From the NCBI GenBank assembly GCA_903828255.1, contig CAIKLQ010000501.1, positions 9,491 to 73,490 of the forward strand: a stretch of DNA of 64,000 nucleotides, given 5' to 3'. Positions 34,444 to 51,335 of this stretch are shown here, one piece after another. The position numbers and the translations under genes are program-made. Every line of letters starts with the position of its first letter. Position 1 is the stretch's first letter. The notes under the pieces are model-generated. The model saw only the letters and a list, made by a program, of their open reading frames with translations, searched no databases and had not been told where the DNA came from. This DNA is from an uncultured Verrucomicrobiota bacterium (GTDB lineage Bacteria > Verrucomicrobiota > Verrucomicrobiia > Limisphaerales > JADLHS01).

Positions 34444-37400
34444 ATGGACGTATTTAACTTTCGCAATCGAATCATCGAGGACTACAGCGGCTACGTTTCG
34501 AGCTTTATCTCCATCGCGCAATCACGCCTGCGTGAGTTCGTGGATCGCTGCTTTAAGTCCGGCTCCCTGTGGCCCGATCCGCTGATTCAACTGAACCCGA
34601 CATTCAAGCCGGGCATGACCGTGGCGGAATTGGTGCAGGAAGATGTGCTCGCAACCGGCTGCACCAAGGTTTTCCGGCGCGATAAAACGGCGGCGGTCGG
34701 CAGCGGTGAAGACCTGCTTTTTCACCAGCATCAGGAAGACGCGATCCGCAAAGCAAAGGAGGGGCGCAACTACGTGCTGACGACCGGCACCGGTTCCGGC
34801 AAGAGTCTTTCTTACATCGTCCCGATTGTGGACCACGTTCTCCGCGCCGGCTCGGGGCGCGGCATTCAGGCCATTATCATCTACCCGATGAACGCGCTGG
34901 CCAACAGCCAGTTCGGGGAGCTGGAAAAGTTCCTGAAGCTCGGATTCGCTGGCGGCCAGGGTCCGGTCACCTTTGAGCGCTACACCGGACAGGAAGATGA
35001 GGAAACGCGCACGCGGATCATTGCCACGCCGCCGGACATCCTGCTGACGAATTACGTCATGCTGGAATTGATTCTCACCCGGCCGCGCGAGAAAAAACTC
35101 ATCGCCTCCGCCAAGGGCTTGAAGTTTCTGGTGCTCGACGAACTTCACACCTACCGCGGTCGCCAGGGCGCGGATGTCGCCCTCCTGTTGCGCCGCGTGC
35201 GCGAATTGCTCAATGCCGATGCGATGCAGTGTGTCGGCACCTCCGCGACATTGGCGGGCCGTGGCTCCTGGTCGGAACAGTGTGCGGATGTCGCCAAGCT
35301 TGCCACTCGCCTGTTCGGCGACGAGGTCGCCGGCAGCGACATTATCGGTGAAACTTTGGAGCGCGCCACTGCTCCCATTGACGAAACGAACGCCGACGAT
35401 GTCGCCGCGCTCAGCGCGGTGTTCGCCCCCAATGCCCGACACCTGCCGGAAACGTTTGATCAACTCGCGGCGGATCCCGTCGCCCGCTGGGTCGAAGGAA
35501 CTTTTGGCATCGTCCCGCTGGCGGGTCGTCTCGTTCGTTCGCCCTCCATCCCCTTGACCGGCAAAAATGGCGCTGCCGAGCGTCTCGCCAAACTCACCGG
35601 CGCATCCACCGAACGCTGCAAGGAAGTTGTTGCGGCGACGCTCCTCGCTGGGGCCACCCGCATCCGGCATCCACGCACGGGATTTCCCGTCTTCGCGTTC
35701 CGGCTGCATCAGTTCATTAGTCGTGGCGACACGCTTTACGCCACCGTTGAAACCCCGGAGCAACGCTATCTCACCATTCACGGCCAGATTTATTCGCCGG
35801 AAGACCGCAGCAAGATTTTGCTTCCGCTCTGTTTCTGCCGCGAATGCGGGCAGGAATATTATTCCGTGTATCTCGCCAAGGACCCGCAGACGGGCGTGCA
35901 GAAGTTTCTCAGTCGCGAGGCCCACGAACGCACCGAGGTCGTCGGCCAGAAGCAGGGCCTCCTCTATATCAACCCGTCGAAACCGTGGCCGCGTGATACG
36001 GAAATGGAAGCGCAGCTTGCCTGGCTGCCCACGGACTGGGTCGAGGAACGCAACGGCAAGCGGCAGGTGATCGCCTCCCGGCGCGAACGGATGCCGCGAC
36101 ATTACGTCGTGAAACCGGACGGCTCCATCGGTGCGGACGGTCTGGATGCCGCCTTCATCCCGGTGCCCTTCATGTTCTGCCTCGGCTGCGGCGTGTCGCA
36201 CACCGCGCGGCAGCGTTCTGATTTTTCCAAGCTCGGCACCCTCGGCTCGGAAGGCCGGAGCACCGCGACCACCATCCTGACCACTTCGGCGGTGGCCGGC
36301 CTGCAACGCGAGGAGACGATCAAGCCCGAAGCGCGCAAGTTGCTCAGTTTCACCGACAATCGCCAGGACGCCTCACTGCAATCCGGCCACCTCAACGATT
36401 TCATCGAAGTCGGGCTGCTTCGCGGCGCGATCTACAAGGCGGCCGTGGCGGCTGGTGCCGATGGCTTGCGCGACGACACCATCAGCCAGAAAGTCACAAC
36501 CGCACTCGGACTGCGGTTCGAGGATTATGCCAAAGATCCCACCATCAAATATGGCCGGGACAAGGTGGAAACCGCCCTGCGCGATGTCGTGGGTTATCGG
36601 GTATATCGCGACCTGCGGCGCGGCTGGCGCGTGAACGCGCCGAACTTAGAGCAGTGCGGCCTGATCGAAATTGATTACGCCGAACTCGACGCCGTTTCCG
36701 GCGACACCCCCCTGTGGACCGCTTTGCATCCGGTGCTCGGCAATGCCAGCGCCGAGACGCGCAAGGTCGTTTGCCGCACCCTTCTCGATTTCATACGGCG
36801 CGATCTCTGCACCGAGGTGGACTACCTCGACCGCGATACCCAGGACCGAATCAAGCGCAACAGCTTTAACGAGCTTCGCGACCCGTGGTCGTTTGACCCG
36901 GTTGAAAAACTCGACCAGCGGAAAATGGCGTTTCCCTGTTCCAAACAGGACGATTCTCCCGAACTGGAGGCATCCTATATTTCCGCCCTTGGCGGCTTCG
37001 GCTTATTTCTTCGCTCGGCAAACACGTTCCCGGGCCAGCCCAAGCCCGATGTCGCCACCACCAAAGACCTAATCTGCGCCTTGTTTGAGGGGTTACGGCA
37101 GGCAAACATCGTCCGCGAATGTGTGCCGAAGGGCGAGCGCGCCCCCGTGCCGGGTTATCGCATCAATTCCGGCGCCCTCATCTGGCGCGCGGGCGATGGC
37201 ACCAAGGCTTACCACGACCGCATCCGCATGCCCACCGCTTCAGCCACCGGCAGCACGCCCAATAAATTCTTCGTCGAACTGTTCCGTTCGCGCATTCAGC
37301 AGATGCGCGGCGTTTCTTCGCGGGAACACACCGCGCAGGTGCCCGGTCCACTTCGGATCCAACGCGAAACCGATTTTCGTTCGGCCAAACTGCCCATCCT

Positions 37401-39660
37401 TTTCTGTTCGCCGACGATGGAACTCGGAATCGACATCAAGGATTTGAACGCGGTCAATCTGCGCAACGTCCCGCCCACGCCAGCCAACTACGCTCAGCGC
37501 AGCGGGCGCGCCGGTCGCAGTGGTCAACCCGCGCTGGTGTTCGCCTACTGCTCGTTCGGGAGCCCGCACGACCAGTATTTCTTCAAGCATCCCGAACTCA
37601 TGGTTTCCGGCCAGGTGCAGACGCCACGGCTCGACGTGGCCAATGAAGACCTAATTCGGTCGCACATCCACGCCGTCTGGTTGCGCGAAGCAGACCTCGA
37701 TCTCGGCAACACACCCGGTGACCTCATTGTTCTAGGCGGCGACCCGCCCACCTTGGAGTTGCTCCCGGACGTGAAGAACAAGGTCCGCAGCCAGACCGCT
37801 GCCCAGCAGGCGCGCGTCCGCGCCCAGGAGGTGCTCGACGCACTCAGCCCGTATCTGGCGAGTGCCCCGTGGTATTCCGCCGGCTGGCTTGATGAAGTGT
37901 TGCGCGGTATCCCGCAGGCGTTTGAGGCTGCGCTGGAACGCTGGCGTTTTCTTTACCGCACCGCGCGCAATCAGGCCGACGAGCAGCATCGCATTATTCT
38001 GGATCACTCGCGTCCGCAGGATCACGAAAACGCCAAGCGTCTGCGTCAGGAGGCGGAAGCCCAACTCAAGCTGCTCACCGACAAGCAGAGCGTCGTTCAA
38101 TCAGACTTTTACAGCTATCGCTATTTTGCCAGCGAAGGCTTTCTGCCCGGTTACAATTTCCCGCGACTCCCGCTTTCGGCCTTTATCCCCGGCCGGCGCA
38201 CCGCCCAGGAGGCCGAGGAGTTCATCTCCCGACCGCGTTTCCTCGCCATCTCGGAGTTTGGCCCCGGCGCACTTATCTATCACGAGGGCGCACGGTATCA
38301 GGTCACGCGTGTCATGATGCCGATGCAGGAGGGTGCCACCGGCGACTTGCCAACCTCAAAACTCATCGTGTGCAGTGCCTGTGGTTATCTGCATCCGGTG
38401 CTGAAGGAGCCTGGCCCGTCGAATTGCGAACGCTGCAAGCAGGCATTCGAGGCCAAGGACATTTGGTCAAATATGTTCCGTCAACAAAACGTCGTCACTC
38501 GGCGGCGCGAGCGCATCAATTGTGATGAAGAGGAACGCCTCCGCCTCGGTTACGAAATCAAAACCGGCGTGCGCTTCGCCGAGCGCGATGGCCGACCACT
38601 CTTTCGCACCGCGCGCCTGCTCCTCGGGAGTGAACTCTTTGCCGAGTTGCAATACGGCGATGCCGCCGAATTGTGGCGCGTGAATCTCGGTTGGTCGCGC
38701 CGTGAGAACAAGGAGGACCGTGGTTTCTGGCTGGATGTCGAGCAGCGGCGTTGGACCAAGCGCGCCATTGACCCGGATGACGAGGATGAAAATAACGGCA
38801 AAGCACCCGCCCGCGTCCAGAAGGTTATTCCGTTTGTCAAAGACCGCCGGAACAGTCTGGTCATTGCGCTGGCCAATGAGTCGGATATGAACGTCATGGC
38901 TTCGCTTGAAGCCTCGCTCAAACGCGCCATCCAGATCGAATATCAACTCGAAGATTCCGAGTTGGCCACTGAGGCGCTCCCCACGCGGCAGAACCGTCGC
39001 CATCTTCTCTTTTATGAGGCGGCGGAGGGTGGAGCCGGTGTGCTGCGGCAGTTGGTAGAAGATCCAAAAGCATGGACCCGGATCGCACGGCGGGCTTTGG
39101 AATTGTGCCACTTCAATCCCGATACCGGCGCTGATCTCGGCAAGGCCGAACACGCCCAGGAAAAATGTCAGGCCGCCTGCTACGACTGTTTGCTGAGCTA
39201 CTTTAATCAGCCTGATCACGAATCTTTGGACCGGCACTGCGTCAAAGACCTGCTGCAACAGATCATGACCGGCACAATGGAACCGTCGCCGGTCGAAATT
39301 CCCCGCCCTGAACATCTCGCCAGGTTGAAAAAACTCTGTGACACCGGCCTTGAAAAGCAGTTCCTCGATTTTCTGGACGAACACAGCCTCCGGTTGCCTG
39401 AGCGCGCCCAGCACTATTACGAAAAGTTCGGCACCCGCCCCGATTTCAGTTACACGGGCGAGAACCCGGCGTTCATCTATGTGGATGGCCCGCCGCACGA
39501 TTTCCCGGAGCGCCAGTCTCGTGATACCGCTCAGAACTCGACCCTCAAGGCTGAGGGCATCACGGTCATTCGCTTCCATCACGCTGCGGATTGGGCATCG
39601 GTCGTCGCCCAGTATCCGAGTGTCTTCGGCAATTTAGGCACCACCGGAGGCGCAAAATGA
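34444..39660 (+). CDS. SF2 helicase + DUF1998 + C-terminal Vsr/DUF559-like nuclease (DrmA/DrmB-like fusion, 1738 aa)
   Basis: 'HQEDAI', 'TGTGSGKS', '[10 protein letters not shown]', 'DELH', 'TSAT', 'MELGIDI', 'QRSGRAGR'; DUF1998 'EAAEGGAG...[12 protein letters not shown]'; 'RPDF...IYVDG..H'. Confidence 0.88.
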   Translation: MDVFNFRNRIIEDYSGYVSSFISIAQSRLREFVDRCFKSGSLWPDPLIQLNPTFKPGMTVAELVQEDVLATGCTKVFRRDKTAAVGSGEDLLFHQHQEDAIRKAKEGRNYVLTTGTGSGKSLSYIVPIVDHVLRAGSGRGIQAIIIYPMNALANSQFGELEKFLKLGFAGGQGPVTFERYTGQEDEETRTRIIATPPDILLTNYVMLELILTRPREKKLIASAKGLKFLVLDELHTYRGRQGADVALLLRRVRELLNADAMQCVGTSATLAGRGSWSEQCADVAKLATRLFGDEVAGSDIIGETLERATAPIDETNADDVAALSAVFAPNARHLPETFDQLAADPVARWVEGTFGIVPLAGRLVRSPSIPLTGKNGAAERLAKLTGASTERCKEVVAATLLAGATRIRHPRTGFPVFAFRLHQFISRGDTLYATVETPEQRYLTIHGQIYSPEDRSKILLPLCFCRECGQEYYSVYLAKDPQTGVQKFLSREAHERTEVVGQKQGLLYINPSKPWPRDTEMEAQLAWLPTDWVEERNGKRQVIASRRERMPRHYVVKPDGSIGADGLDAAFIPVPFMFCLGCGVSHTARQRSDFSKLGTLGSEGRSTATTILTTSAVAGLQREETIKPEARKLLSFTDNRQDASLQSGHLNDFIEVGLLRGAIYKAAVAAGADGLRDDTISQKVTTALGLRFEDYAKDPTIKYGRDKVETALRDVVGYRVYRDLRRGWRVNAPNLEQCGLIEIDYAELDAVSGDTPLWTALHPVLGNASAETRKVVCRTLLDFIRRDLCTEVDYLDRDTQDRIKRNSFNELRDPWSFDPVEKLDQRKMAFPCSKQDDSPELEASYISALGGFGLFLRSANTFPGQPKPDVATTKDLICALFEGLRQANIVRECVPKGERAPVPGYRINSGALIWRAGDGTKAYHDRIRMPTASATGSTPNKFFVELFRSRIQQMRGVSSREHTAQVPGPLRIQRETDFRSAKLPILFCSPTMELGIDIKDLNAVNLRNVPPTPANYAQRSGRAGRSGQPALVFAYCSFGSPHDQYFFKHPELMVSGQVQTPRLDVANEDLIRSHIHAVWLREADLDLGNTPGDLIVLGGDPPTLELLPDVKNKVRSQTAAQQARVRAQEVLDALSPYLASAPWYSAGWLDEVLRGIPQAFEAALERWRFLYRTARNQADEQHRIILDHSRPQDHENAKRLRQEAEAQLKLLTDKQSVVQSDFYSYRYFASEGFLPGYNFPRLPLSAFIPGRRTAQEAEEFISRPRFLAISEFGPGALIYHEGARYQVTRVMMPMQEGATGDLPTSKLIVCSACGYLHPVLKEPGPSNCERCKQAFEAKDIWSNMFRQQNVVTRRRERINCDEEERLRLGYEIKTGVRFAERDGRPLFRTARLLLGSELFAELQYGDAAELWRVNLGWSRRENKEDRGFWLDVEQRRWTKRAIDPDDEDENNGKAPARVQKVIPFVKDRRNSLVIALANESDMNVMASLEASLKRAIQIEYQLEDSELATEALPTRQNRRHLLFYEAAEGGAGVLRQLVEDPKAWTRIARRALELCHFNPDTGADLGKAEHAQEKCQAACYDCLLSYFNQPDHESLDRHCVKDLLQQIMTGTMEPSPVEIPRPEHLARLKKLCDTGLEKQFLDFLDEHSLRLPERAQHYYEKFGTRPDFSYTGENPAFIYVDGPPHDFPERQSRDTAQNSTLKAEGITVIRFHHAADWASVVAQYPSVFGNLGTTGGAK

Positions 39661-42479
39661 GCTTCGCTCCGGGCACTCTCGTTAAGGCGCGCGGGCGCGA
39701 ATGGGTCGTGTTACCGGAATCGGAGGAGGATTTTCTCGTTGTCCGTCCGCTGGGCGGCACGATTCAGGAAACCGCCGGTATTCATTCCCTGCTGGAGTCC
39801 GTCACTCCGGCCACTTTCGCCCCGCCAGCTCAAAACGATCTCGGCGACTTTGTTTCTTGTCGTCTGCTGCGCGATGCCGTGCGTTTTGGTTTCCGTTCGA
39901 GTGCCGGCCCGTTCCGGTCCTTCGGTCGTCTCGCCGTTCAGCCGCGCCCTTATCAGCTAGTGCCGCTCCTCATGGCACTGAAGCTCGACCCCATCCGGTT
40001 GCTTATCGCGGACGACGTGGGCATCGGCAAAACCATCGAAGCGTGTTTGGTCGCGAGGGAAATGTTAGATCGCGGTGAGATCACCCGGCTCTGCGTCCTG
40101 TGTCCGCCCCATCTCGCCGAGCAGTGGCAAAAGGAACTCGCCAGCAAATTTAACATCGCGGTCGAGCTGGTTCTTTCAAGCACGGCACGACGTCTCGAAA
40201 AAAATCTGCGCTCTGACCAGTCCATCTTCGATGTCTATCCGTTTGTCGTCGTCTCCATGGATTTCATCAAGGCCGACCGCCGCCGCCACGATTTTCTGCG
40301 CACCTGCCCGGATTTCGTCATCGTGGACGAAGCCCACACGTGCGCGTCCTCCGCCGAGGGCCGTGGCGCCGCTCATCAGCGGCACGAGCTTCTGGCGAAG
40401 CTCGCCGAAAAACCGGAGCGCCATCTCGTGCTCGTCACCGCCACGCCGCACAGCGGCAACGAGGGCGCGTTTCGTTCCTTGCTCACGCTGCTCACGCCCG
40501 CTTTCAAAAATTTGCCGGACGACCTCTCCGGCCCGGACAAGGCGATCCACCGCCGTCACCTCGCTGCTCATCTCGTCCAGCGCCGCCGCGCTGACTTGCG
40601 ACATTTTCTTCAGCGCGACACGCCTTTCCCCGAACGTCTGGACACGGAAGCGCACTACGAACTCAGCCCCGCTTACAAGGCGCTCTTCGAGAAGGTGCTC
40701 GACTACGCTCGCGAAACCGTCACCGACGCGTCCGGCGGCGCACTGCATCAGCGGGTCCGCTGGTGGTCTGCGCTATCGCTGCTTCGCGCCATGGCCAGCA
40801 GTCCTGCCGCCGCTGCCGCCACGCTCACGGAACGCTCAAATGTGCTTGAAGCGGCTGACACCACTGCCGCCGATGAACTTGGGCGCAAGTCTGTGCTCGA
40901 TGCCACTGAAGACCTCGGCGACGAAGCCTCGGATGTCGCGCCCGGTGCCGACCCGGAAAAGGAGGGTGACAATCCCGTGCGCCGGCGTCTGCTCGCCTTC
41001 GCCCGTGAAGCGAAAAAATTGTGCGGCGATGAGGATTACAAACTCACCAAACTCCTCCCGCGCATTCAGTCCCTGCTCAATGAAGGTTTCAAGCCCATCA
41101 TTTTCTGTCGCTTCATCCAAACGGCCGAATATGTCGCGGCGGAGTTGCGCGACCGGCTCAAAAAAGTGGAGGTCACCTGCATCACCAGCCAGCTTGCGCC
41201 CGAGGAGCGCGCTGCCCGGATCGAAACTTTGGAGGGTAACGACGCCGTCGCCCGCATTCTCGTCTGCACCGACTGTCTGAGTGAAGGCATCAACCTCCAG
41301 GAAAAATTCGACGCCGTGGTCCACTACGACCTTTCGTGGAATCCGACGCGGCACGAGCAGCGCGATGGCCGCGTGGATCGTTACGGCCAGACCAATGCGA
41401 AAAAACAGGTCCGCATCCTGACCTATTACGGCACGGACAATCAGATTGACGGGATCGTCCTCGATGTCCTGCTGCGCAAGCATCAGAAAATTCGTAACGC
41501 TCTTGGCGTTTCGGTGCCGATGCCTGTGGACAGCGAGCAGGTCGTCAAAGCCGTGTTCGAGGGTTTGTTGCTGCGCGGCCAGTCTGGCAAACAATCCGAC
41601 GCTGTGCTGCCGGGATTCGACGAATACTTTCGCCCGCAGAAACAGCAGCTCCACGAACAATGGGAAGCCGTCGCCGACCGCGAGAAACGCTCGCGCACGA
41701 TGTTCGCCCAGGAATCCATCAAGTTTGATGAGGTTGGCGCCGAGTTGGCTGCCGCCGAGCACGCCATCGGCTCGCCGGCTGAAATCTCCAATTTCTTCCG
41801 GTCCACGCTCACGCTTTCCGGCGCGGTGGTGAATGACGAAGCCATTCTCAAGACCGATCTGGCAGGACTCAAGCCCGCCGTCCGCGAGGCGCTCGGGGGT
41901 GCCACCCGTCTGGAAGTCGCGTTCGAGCCGGTTGCCGCCAAGAATGTCACGCTGTTGCACCGCACGCACCCGCTCGTTGAGGGTCTCGCCTCCTATGTTC
42001 TAAACTCCGCGCTCGACCCCTTGCTCGGCGGTCTCGCCCGGCGCGCGGGTGTCATCCGCTCGAAGACCGTGACTACGCGCACGGTTCTGATGCTCTTGCG
42101 GCTCCGCTTTCACATTGTCACCACCACGCGCGAAGGCGAACGCCATTTGCTCGCCGAAGATGCGCTGCTCACCGCTTTCACCGGCGACCCGGCCGCCCCG
42201 CAATGGCTGCCGGAAGTTGACGCGGAAAAACTCATCGCGGTGAAGCCGGACGCCAGCGTGCCGCCGGACATTGCCATTCACCAGCTCGCTTCCGTCACAG
42301 ATCATTTGCCCGGCATGATTCCGATGCTCGACGAGTTTGCCAACAAGCGTGGACAAGAACTTCTCGAAGCCCATCGTCGCGTCCGCAGCGCTGCTGGTGC
42401 CAAGGGCAGCTACCGCATTGATCACAGTCCGCCGGATGTGCTCGGCATCTATATCTTCCTCCCCGTTACGAAGCTATGA
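39657..42479 (+). CDS. drmD: SNF2-family helicase, DrmD-like
   Basis: ATG 39657 overlaps TGA; '[13 protein letters not shown]', 'PRPYQLVPL', '[11 protein letters not shown]', 'DEAH', 'TATPHSG', '[12 protein letters not shown]'. Confidence 0.85.
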   Translation: MSFAPGTLVKARGREWVVLPESEEDFLVVRPLGGTIQETAGIHSLLESVTPATFAPPAQNDLGDFVSCRLLRDAVRFGFRSSAGPFRSFGRLAVQPRPYQLVPLLMALKLDPIRLLIADDVGIGKTIEACLVAREMLDRGEITRLCVLCPPHLAEQWQKELASKFNIAVELVLSSTARRLEKNLRSDQSIFDVYPFVVVSMDFIKADRRRHDFLRTCPDFVIVDEAHTCASSAEGRGAAHQRHELLAKLAEKPERHLVLVTATPHSGNEGAFRSLLTLLTPAFKNLPDDLSGPDKAIHRRHLAAHLVQRRRADLRHFLQRDTPFPERLDTEAHYELSPAYKALFEKVLDYARETVTDASGGALHQRVRWWSALSLLRAMASSPAAAAATLTERSNVLEAADTTAADELGRKSVLDATEDLGDEASDVAPGADPEKEGDNPVRRRLLAFAREAKKLCGDEDYKLTKLLPRIQSLLNEGFKPIIFCRFIQTAEYVAAELRDRLKKVEVTCITSQLAPEERAARIETLEGNDAVARILVCTDCLSEGINLQEKFDAVVHYDLSWNPTRHEQRDGRVDRYGQTNAKKQVRILTYYGTDNQIDGIVLDVLLRKHQKIRNALGVSVPMPVDSEQVVKAVFEGLLLRGQSGKQSDAVLPGFDEYFRPQKQQLHEQWEAVADREKRSRTMFAQESIKFDEVGAELAAAEHAIGSPAEISNFFRSTLTLSGAVVNDEAILKTDLAGLKPAVREALGGATRLEVAFEPVAAKNVTLLHRTHPLVEGLASYVLNSALDPLLGGLARRAGVIRSKTVTTRTVLMLLRLRFHIVTTTREGERHLLAEDALLTAFTGDPAAPQWLPEVDAEKLIAVKPDASVPPDIAIHQLASVTDHLPGMIPMLDEFANKRGQELLEAHRRVRSAAGAKGSYRIDHSPPDVLGIYIFLPVTKL

Positions 42480-42918
42480 GCCGCAAATGGATCATTCCTG
42501 AATGCCTTCAGTCTAAAGTGACTGACGAAGATGTTTTTCGTGATTGGCTCACGCGAAAGGCACGCAGTATTCGCAGGCGGGACAATAAAAGAGATCTCAA
42601 GGTGCTTTCCCAAAGCGGCACCAAACAAGCGATAATAGACGCCATAGAACAGTCCGCCGGTCGCGACTACTTCACTGGAGAGGCGCTCGATTGGGCATCT
42701 ATCAGCAGGTGGAATAACGAGGATGCCAAACGAGGCGGTGCGAAATATCGCAAAGCATTTTGGCATCTGCCGACCGTGGACCACGATCATGATAAGGCGG
42801 GTAAGCCGGTGTTCCGCCTCTGTTCCTGGCGGATGAATGATTCCAAGAATGACCAGAGCATTGCGGAATTTTTGCAACTCGCGGCGCGAGTCCAAAAGCA
42901 TCGCGGAGGAAGGCACTC

Positions 42919-42922
<4 letters not shown>
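42476..42922 (+). CDS. Small HNH-like nuclease
   Basis: 'DYFTGE.L', 'PTVDH', 'LCSWRMNDSKND'; ATGA-coupled on both sides. Confidence 0.6.
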
Positions 42923-47600
<4,678 letters not shown>

Positions 47601-47604
<4 letters not shown>

Positions 47605-49586
47605 AGCCAGACGACGTAAAGCAAGAGCAGCAACTACTTTTTGACCCGCGTTTCTTGGAGCAATACACGGGGCGAATGCTGCTTCACGATCCTGTCAGCG
47701 CAATCGTCGAGTTGGTGGCCAACGGTTGGGACGCTGGTGCGACGCGAGTCGCGATTGACTGGCCTACTCAGCGTAGTGAGCATCTGCGCGTCACCGACAA
47801 TGGGGAAGGCATGACCGAAGATCAGTTTCTGCGACGCTGGCTTACGTTGTCCTATGATCGCATCAAGGAGCAGGGTTCAACTGTTGCTGTCGTGGGGAGA
47901 CCAGACCAAGCACAGCGGGCAGTTTTTGGTCGGAACGGTATTGGCCGGTTTGCTGCGTTTTGCTTTGGCAACGAATACACCGTCGCCACATCGGCAGAGG
48001 GACAGAAAGTTACTTACGCAGTGCGCCGGGGCGTGGCAAAACCAATTGATTTGTCCAAGCGAAGCAAACGCAAGTCATCAAAATCGGGGACGGTGATTGA
48101 GGTTGTTCAAGATGGGCAACAGCCGCTGTCAGCCGAATCAATTCGGTCTGAACTAGGGAAACGATTTCTAACTGACCCAGCCTTTGAAGTTTCCGTAAAC
48201 TCCGTTCGCGTTGATTTTGAAGATATTGACCGGAAGGGCGTTGAGGAGTTCCAGGTGGAAATCCCGGACGTTACACCTGTCCGCGTTCTGATGATTGACA
48301 CCCAACGCACAGACCGGACGACGAAGCAACATGGTGTGGCCTGGCATGTGAACGGTCGCTTGGTGGGTAAGTGTGGTTGGAGCGGGAACGGTTTTGATGA
48401 CATGGTTGATGGGCGGAGAATAGAGGCCAAGCGTTTCACGTTCATCATTTTTGCGGACTGCCTTGCCACGACCGACGCAGTGAGGCCGGACTGGAGCGGG
48501 TTCAATGAAGACAATGAGCTTTACCTGAAGGTGCGAGAGAAGGTGCTTCCGACGCTGCGCGAACGCATCTTGAATCTGGCCAAGGATCGGCGGGACGAAA
48601 CCACGAAGGAAGTTCGGCGGGCGAACGCGGCGGTTCTCCGTCAGATGACGCCGTTGAGTCGCGAGAAGTGGAACGAATTTGTTGAGCAGGCGCAGGAAGC
48701 CTGCCCCAGTCTTTCACAGCCGGAACTCCAGAGTTTGTCGGGCGTGCTCGCCAATCTGGAAATTTCCGGTTCACGCTACGCGCTACTACACAAGCTGCAC
48801 GAGTTGAACCCCGATCAACTGGATGACCTCCACACGATTTTGCAAGACTGGACGGTGGACATGGCCAAGATCGTCCTCGACGAGTTGCAAGTGCGCCTGA
48901 AACTGGTGGACGAACTGCTGGCGAAGACCTCGGCCACTGACACGCAAGAAGTTCAGGAACTCCAACCTTTGTTCCATCGTGGCCTTTGGATTTTCGGGCC
49001 TGAGTTTGAAACCATCGAGTTTACGTCGAACCAGGGCATGAGCACGGTCATTCAGAAGTTGTTTGAGAGGGACATCCAAGGATCACTCAAGCGCCCCGAT
49101 TTTGTTGTGCTGCCAGATGGAACGGCGGGCCTTTACTCGTATCCCAAGTATGACGATTCCAACGCAGAGATCGGGGTGGATCGTCTCGTAATTGTGGAAC
49201 TCAAGCGGCCTGGGATCGTGGTCGGCGGTGAACAAAAGAACCAGTGCTGGGGATACGTGAAGGAACTTTTTAATAAGGGCTTGCTCGTGGATTATTCCCG
49301 CGTCACCTGCTATGTGCTCGGCTCGCAGATCGAGGCTGCCGAGAGCGGCGAACGCAAGGAGATGAATGATCGTGTGCGTATCCTCCCACTGACGTTCAAT
49401 ACAGTGCTGGAGCGAGCCAAGAGCCGATTGCTTAAACTTTACGACCGCGTGAAGACTGCCCCGTTCCTCCAGGGGCAAGACATCGAGAGATTCCTGGGCG
49501 AGACGGTTGAGCCTTCAGATGAATTACCCCTTGAGCTGGAGGCGCTGAAACAGGCCGAGGCGGTTGAGGAGAAAAGGGCAGTCTGA
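47601..49586 (+). CDS. GHKL (MORC/MutL-like) ATPase fused to a PD-(D/E)XK nuclease
   Basis: 'ELVANGWDA', 'DNGEGM', 'GRNGIG', 'GT.I'; C-terminal 'RPDF...IVELKRP'. Confidence 0.85.
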
Positions 49587-49600
49587 CCAGGAGCGCGAAT

Positions 49601-50812
49601 GTGAACCCCGGAATATACATCAACAAAGAGTCGCCTAAGCCGTCCATGCCGCCGACATCGTTTGACGAGGTGGCGAAAAAGATCGGCCAACAAATCGCCG
49701 ACGGAATCATGGAGCGCATCAAGTCGTTCCCAAAGCGCGAGGCGATCCTGGGCGGGCAGGCAGGCAGAATGGATTCATTGCCGGAAGATATTCTTTGGGA
49801 CGGGTTGGGAGAGGAGTCCGCGCCGATCTTTGTCGTTTACAAATTGATCCACGAGGCTTTTTCGAGCGCGCCCCAGTTCTTCCGTTCAGCATTGGTTGAG
49901 TTTTTGCGTGCTCAACCGGAACGGTTTTCTCAGGTGTTCAACCGCGAAACCATCTGGTCCGTCATGGCGGCGCAACCGGTTGCAGAGCGCCCCAAGGCTT
50001 GTCCACACGTTGAGGACATCGTGAAATTTCTGACTCAAATCCAGCGGCGAGGCATTTGGTGGCGCTCGGATGAGGAGATTCGACGCGAGGCGGAAGCCAT
50101 TTATCAGAGTCTGAATGCCAAGGATGGCGTCTTCCAAAAGGGGTTTGCGGCATTGCAAGCGTTGCAGCTCGAAAAGGCGCGAGGCATCACCGCCGGCAAT
50201 CTGCTCCTGTTAGTGCCCGGCCGGCTCGCGGCTTATGCCGATGAAGTGGTTTCGCTGGGACGGATGGAAAATCTGCCATCGTCAAAGGAGTTGCACGCTC
50301 GTGTGGACGAATTCACGCGGGATGAACCTAAAGACGTGCGCCATGTGAGCATCCCGCTCGACCTGCTTTATACGATCAAGGAAGACGACTTGTTGCATGT
50401 GCGGATTCTGGTTCGTGCGAAGGCAGATGCCGCTGACCGCGCGGAGATCCGTCGCCGTTCGCTTTATCTCCGCTACTTTCTCCGCAAAGCATTTGCCGGC
50501 TACAAGCCGGAGCAACTCGATCTAAAACTCGCGTTCTATCTGGATTCCGAATCCGCACATTTACCATGGCACGGCAGCGATAGCCTTTTTCACCCAGAAG
50601 AATGGATTAACCGAAAGTCTTTTTGGAACGATTTGTGCCCCGGAGCAGACCCTGAAAAACTCCTTGGGGTCATCCGTAAGGCCGCGACCACTGCGCTGAA
50701 CAAGGAGAACATCGTCGCTAAGCTCAAATTGCATTTCAACCGCGTTCGCTCCGCGAAGCCGCCAGCGAATGAGGAGATGTCATTATTTCCAGTTGCGGGG
50801 AGCAGGTCGTGA
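49601..50812 (+). CDS. Hypothetical protein, possibly restriction-endonuclease-like
   Basis: Long co-oriented ORF; weak 'IPLDLL...ILVRAK' and 'SFWNDL' pattern. Confidence 0.45.
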   Translation: MNPGIYINKESPKPSMPPTSFDEVAKKIGQQIADGIMERIKSFPKREAILGGQAGRMDSLPEDILWDGLGEESAPIFVVYKLIHEAFSSAPQFFRSALVEFLRAQPERFSQVFNRETIWSVMAAQPVAERPKACPHVEDIVKFLTQIQRRGIWWRSDEEIRREAEAIYQSLNAKDGVFQKGFAALQALQLEKARGITAGNLLLLVPGRLAAYADEVVSLGRMENLPSSKELHARVDEFTRDEPKDVRHVSIPLDLLYTIKEDDLLHVRILVRAKADAADRAEIRRRSLYLRYFLRKAFAGYKPEQLDLKLAFYLDSESAHLPWHGSDSLFHPEEWINRKSFWNDLCPGADPEKLLGVIRKAATTALNKENIVAKLKLHFNRVRSAKPPANEEMSLFPVAGSRS

Positions 50813-50901
50813 AAAATATTGAGACATTTAGTTTTAATCACTGCACCAGGAATGATTGCGACTGCAAAAGAGGAATCAAAGAAGCCTAAAAGCACTGAAT
50901 T

Positions 50902-51309
50902 ATGAGTGTGAAAAGTCAGAATATTATGCGCAACGATCTTTCAAATCAGGGGCGAGCACTCCTGAAACTGATCGTGCAACACGCCACAACTGCCGGCTTT
51001 GTGCCGGGCGACCCAGGCACGTATCTCGGCTACAAGGAATGTTGCGTGGCACTCGGTGCTGCGCCGGCTCACGCGGATTTGCCTTGGGGGCGGTTGTTGC
51101 AAAAGCACGGCCTGAATGATTTGAATGAATGGACTCAGCGACACAATCTTCCGCGGGTCACTGGGTTGATTGTGAATCAGACAGGCGACCGCCAATATTG
51201 GCCCGGAGGCGATTTCTTTGAATCCAATGGGCGTCGGGACATGGATGGCACGTGGTGGGAGGATCAAGCCAAGCAGGCAGCACAAACGAACTGGCAGCCC
51301 TTCCTTTAA
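50902..51309 (+). CDS. Small protein resembling the N-terminal domain found on some HNH nucleases
   Basis: 'Y.E...LG', 'L...NEW...LP..TGLIVN......PG..FF' pattern. Confidence 0.55.
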   Translation: MSVKSQNIMRNDLSNQGRALLKLIVQHATTAGFVPGDPGTYLGYKECCVALGAAPAHADLPWGRLLQKHGLNDLNEWTQRHNLPRVTGLIVNQTGDRQYWPGGDFFESNGRRDMDGTWWEDQAKQAAQTNWQPFL

Positions 51310-51335
51310 ATCATAAACAGAATCGTTGCCATTCC

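Noticed and set aside
34011-34457. 148-aa ORF upstream of the large helicase
   Set aside because: Begins inside hairpin repeat B and runs through an AT-rich likely promoter region, with no recognisable motif.
34522-36306. 594-aa antisense ORF, and similar shadow ORFs at 38467-39582, 40075-41280 and 40836-41969
   Set aside because: They overlap well-supported genes in GC-rich sequence and have no motifs; expected shadow frames.
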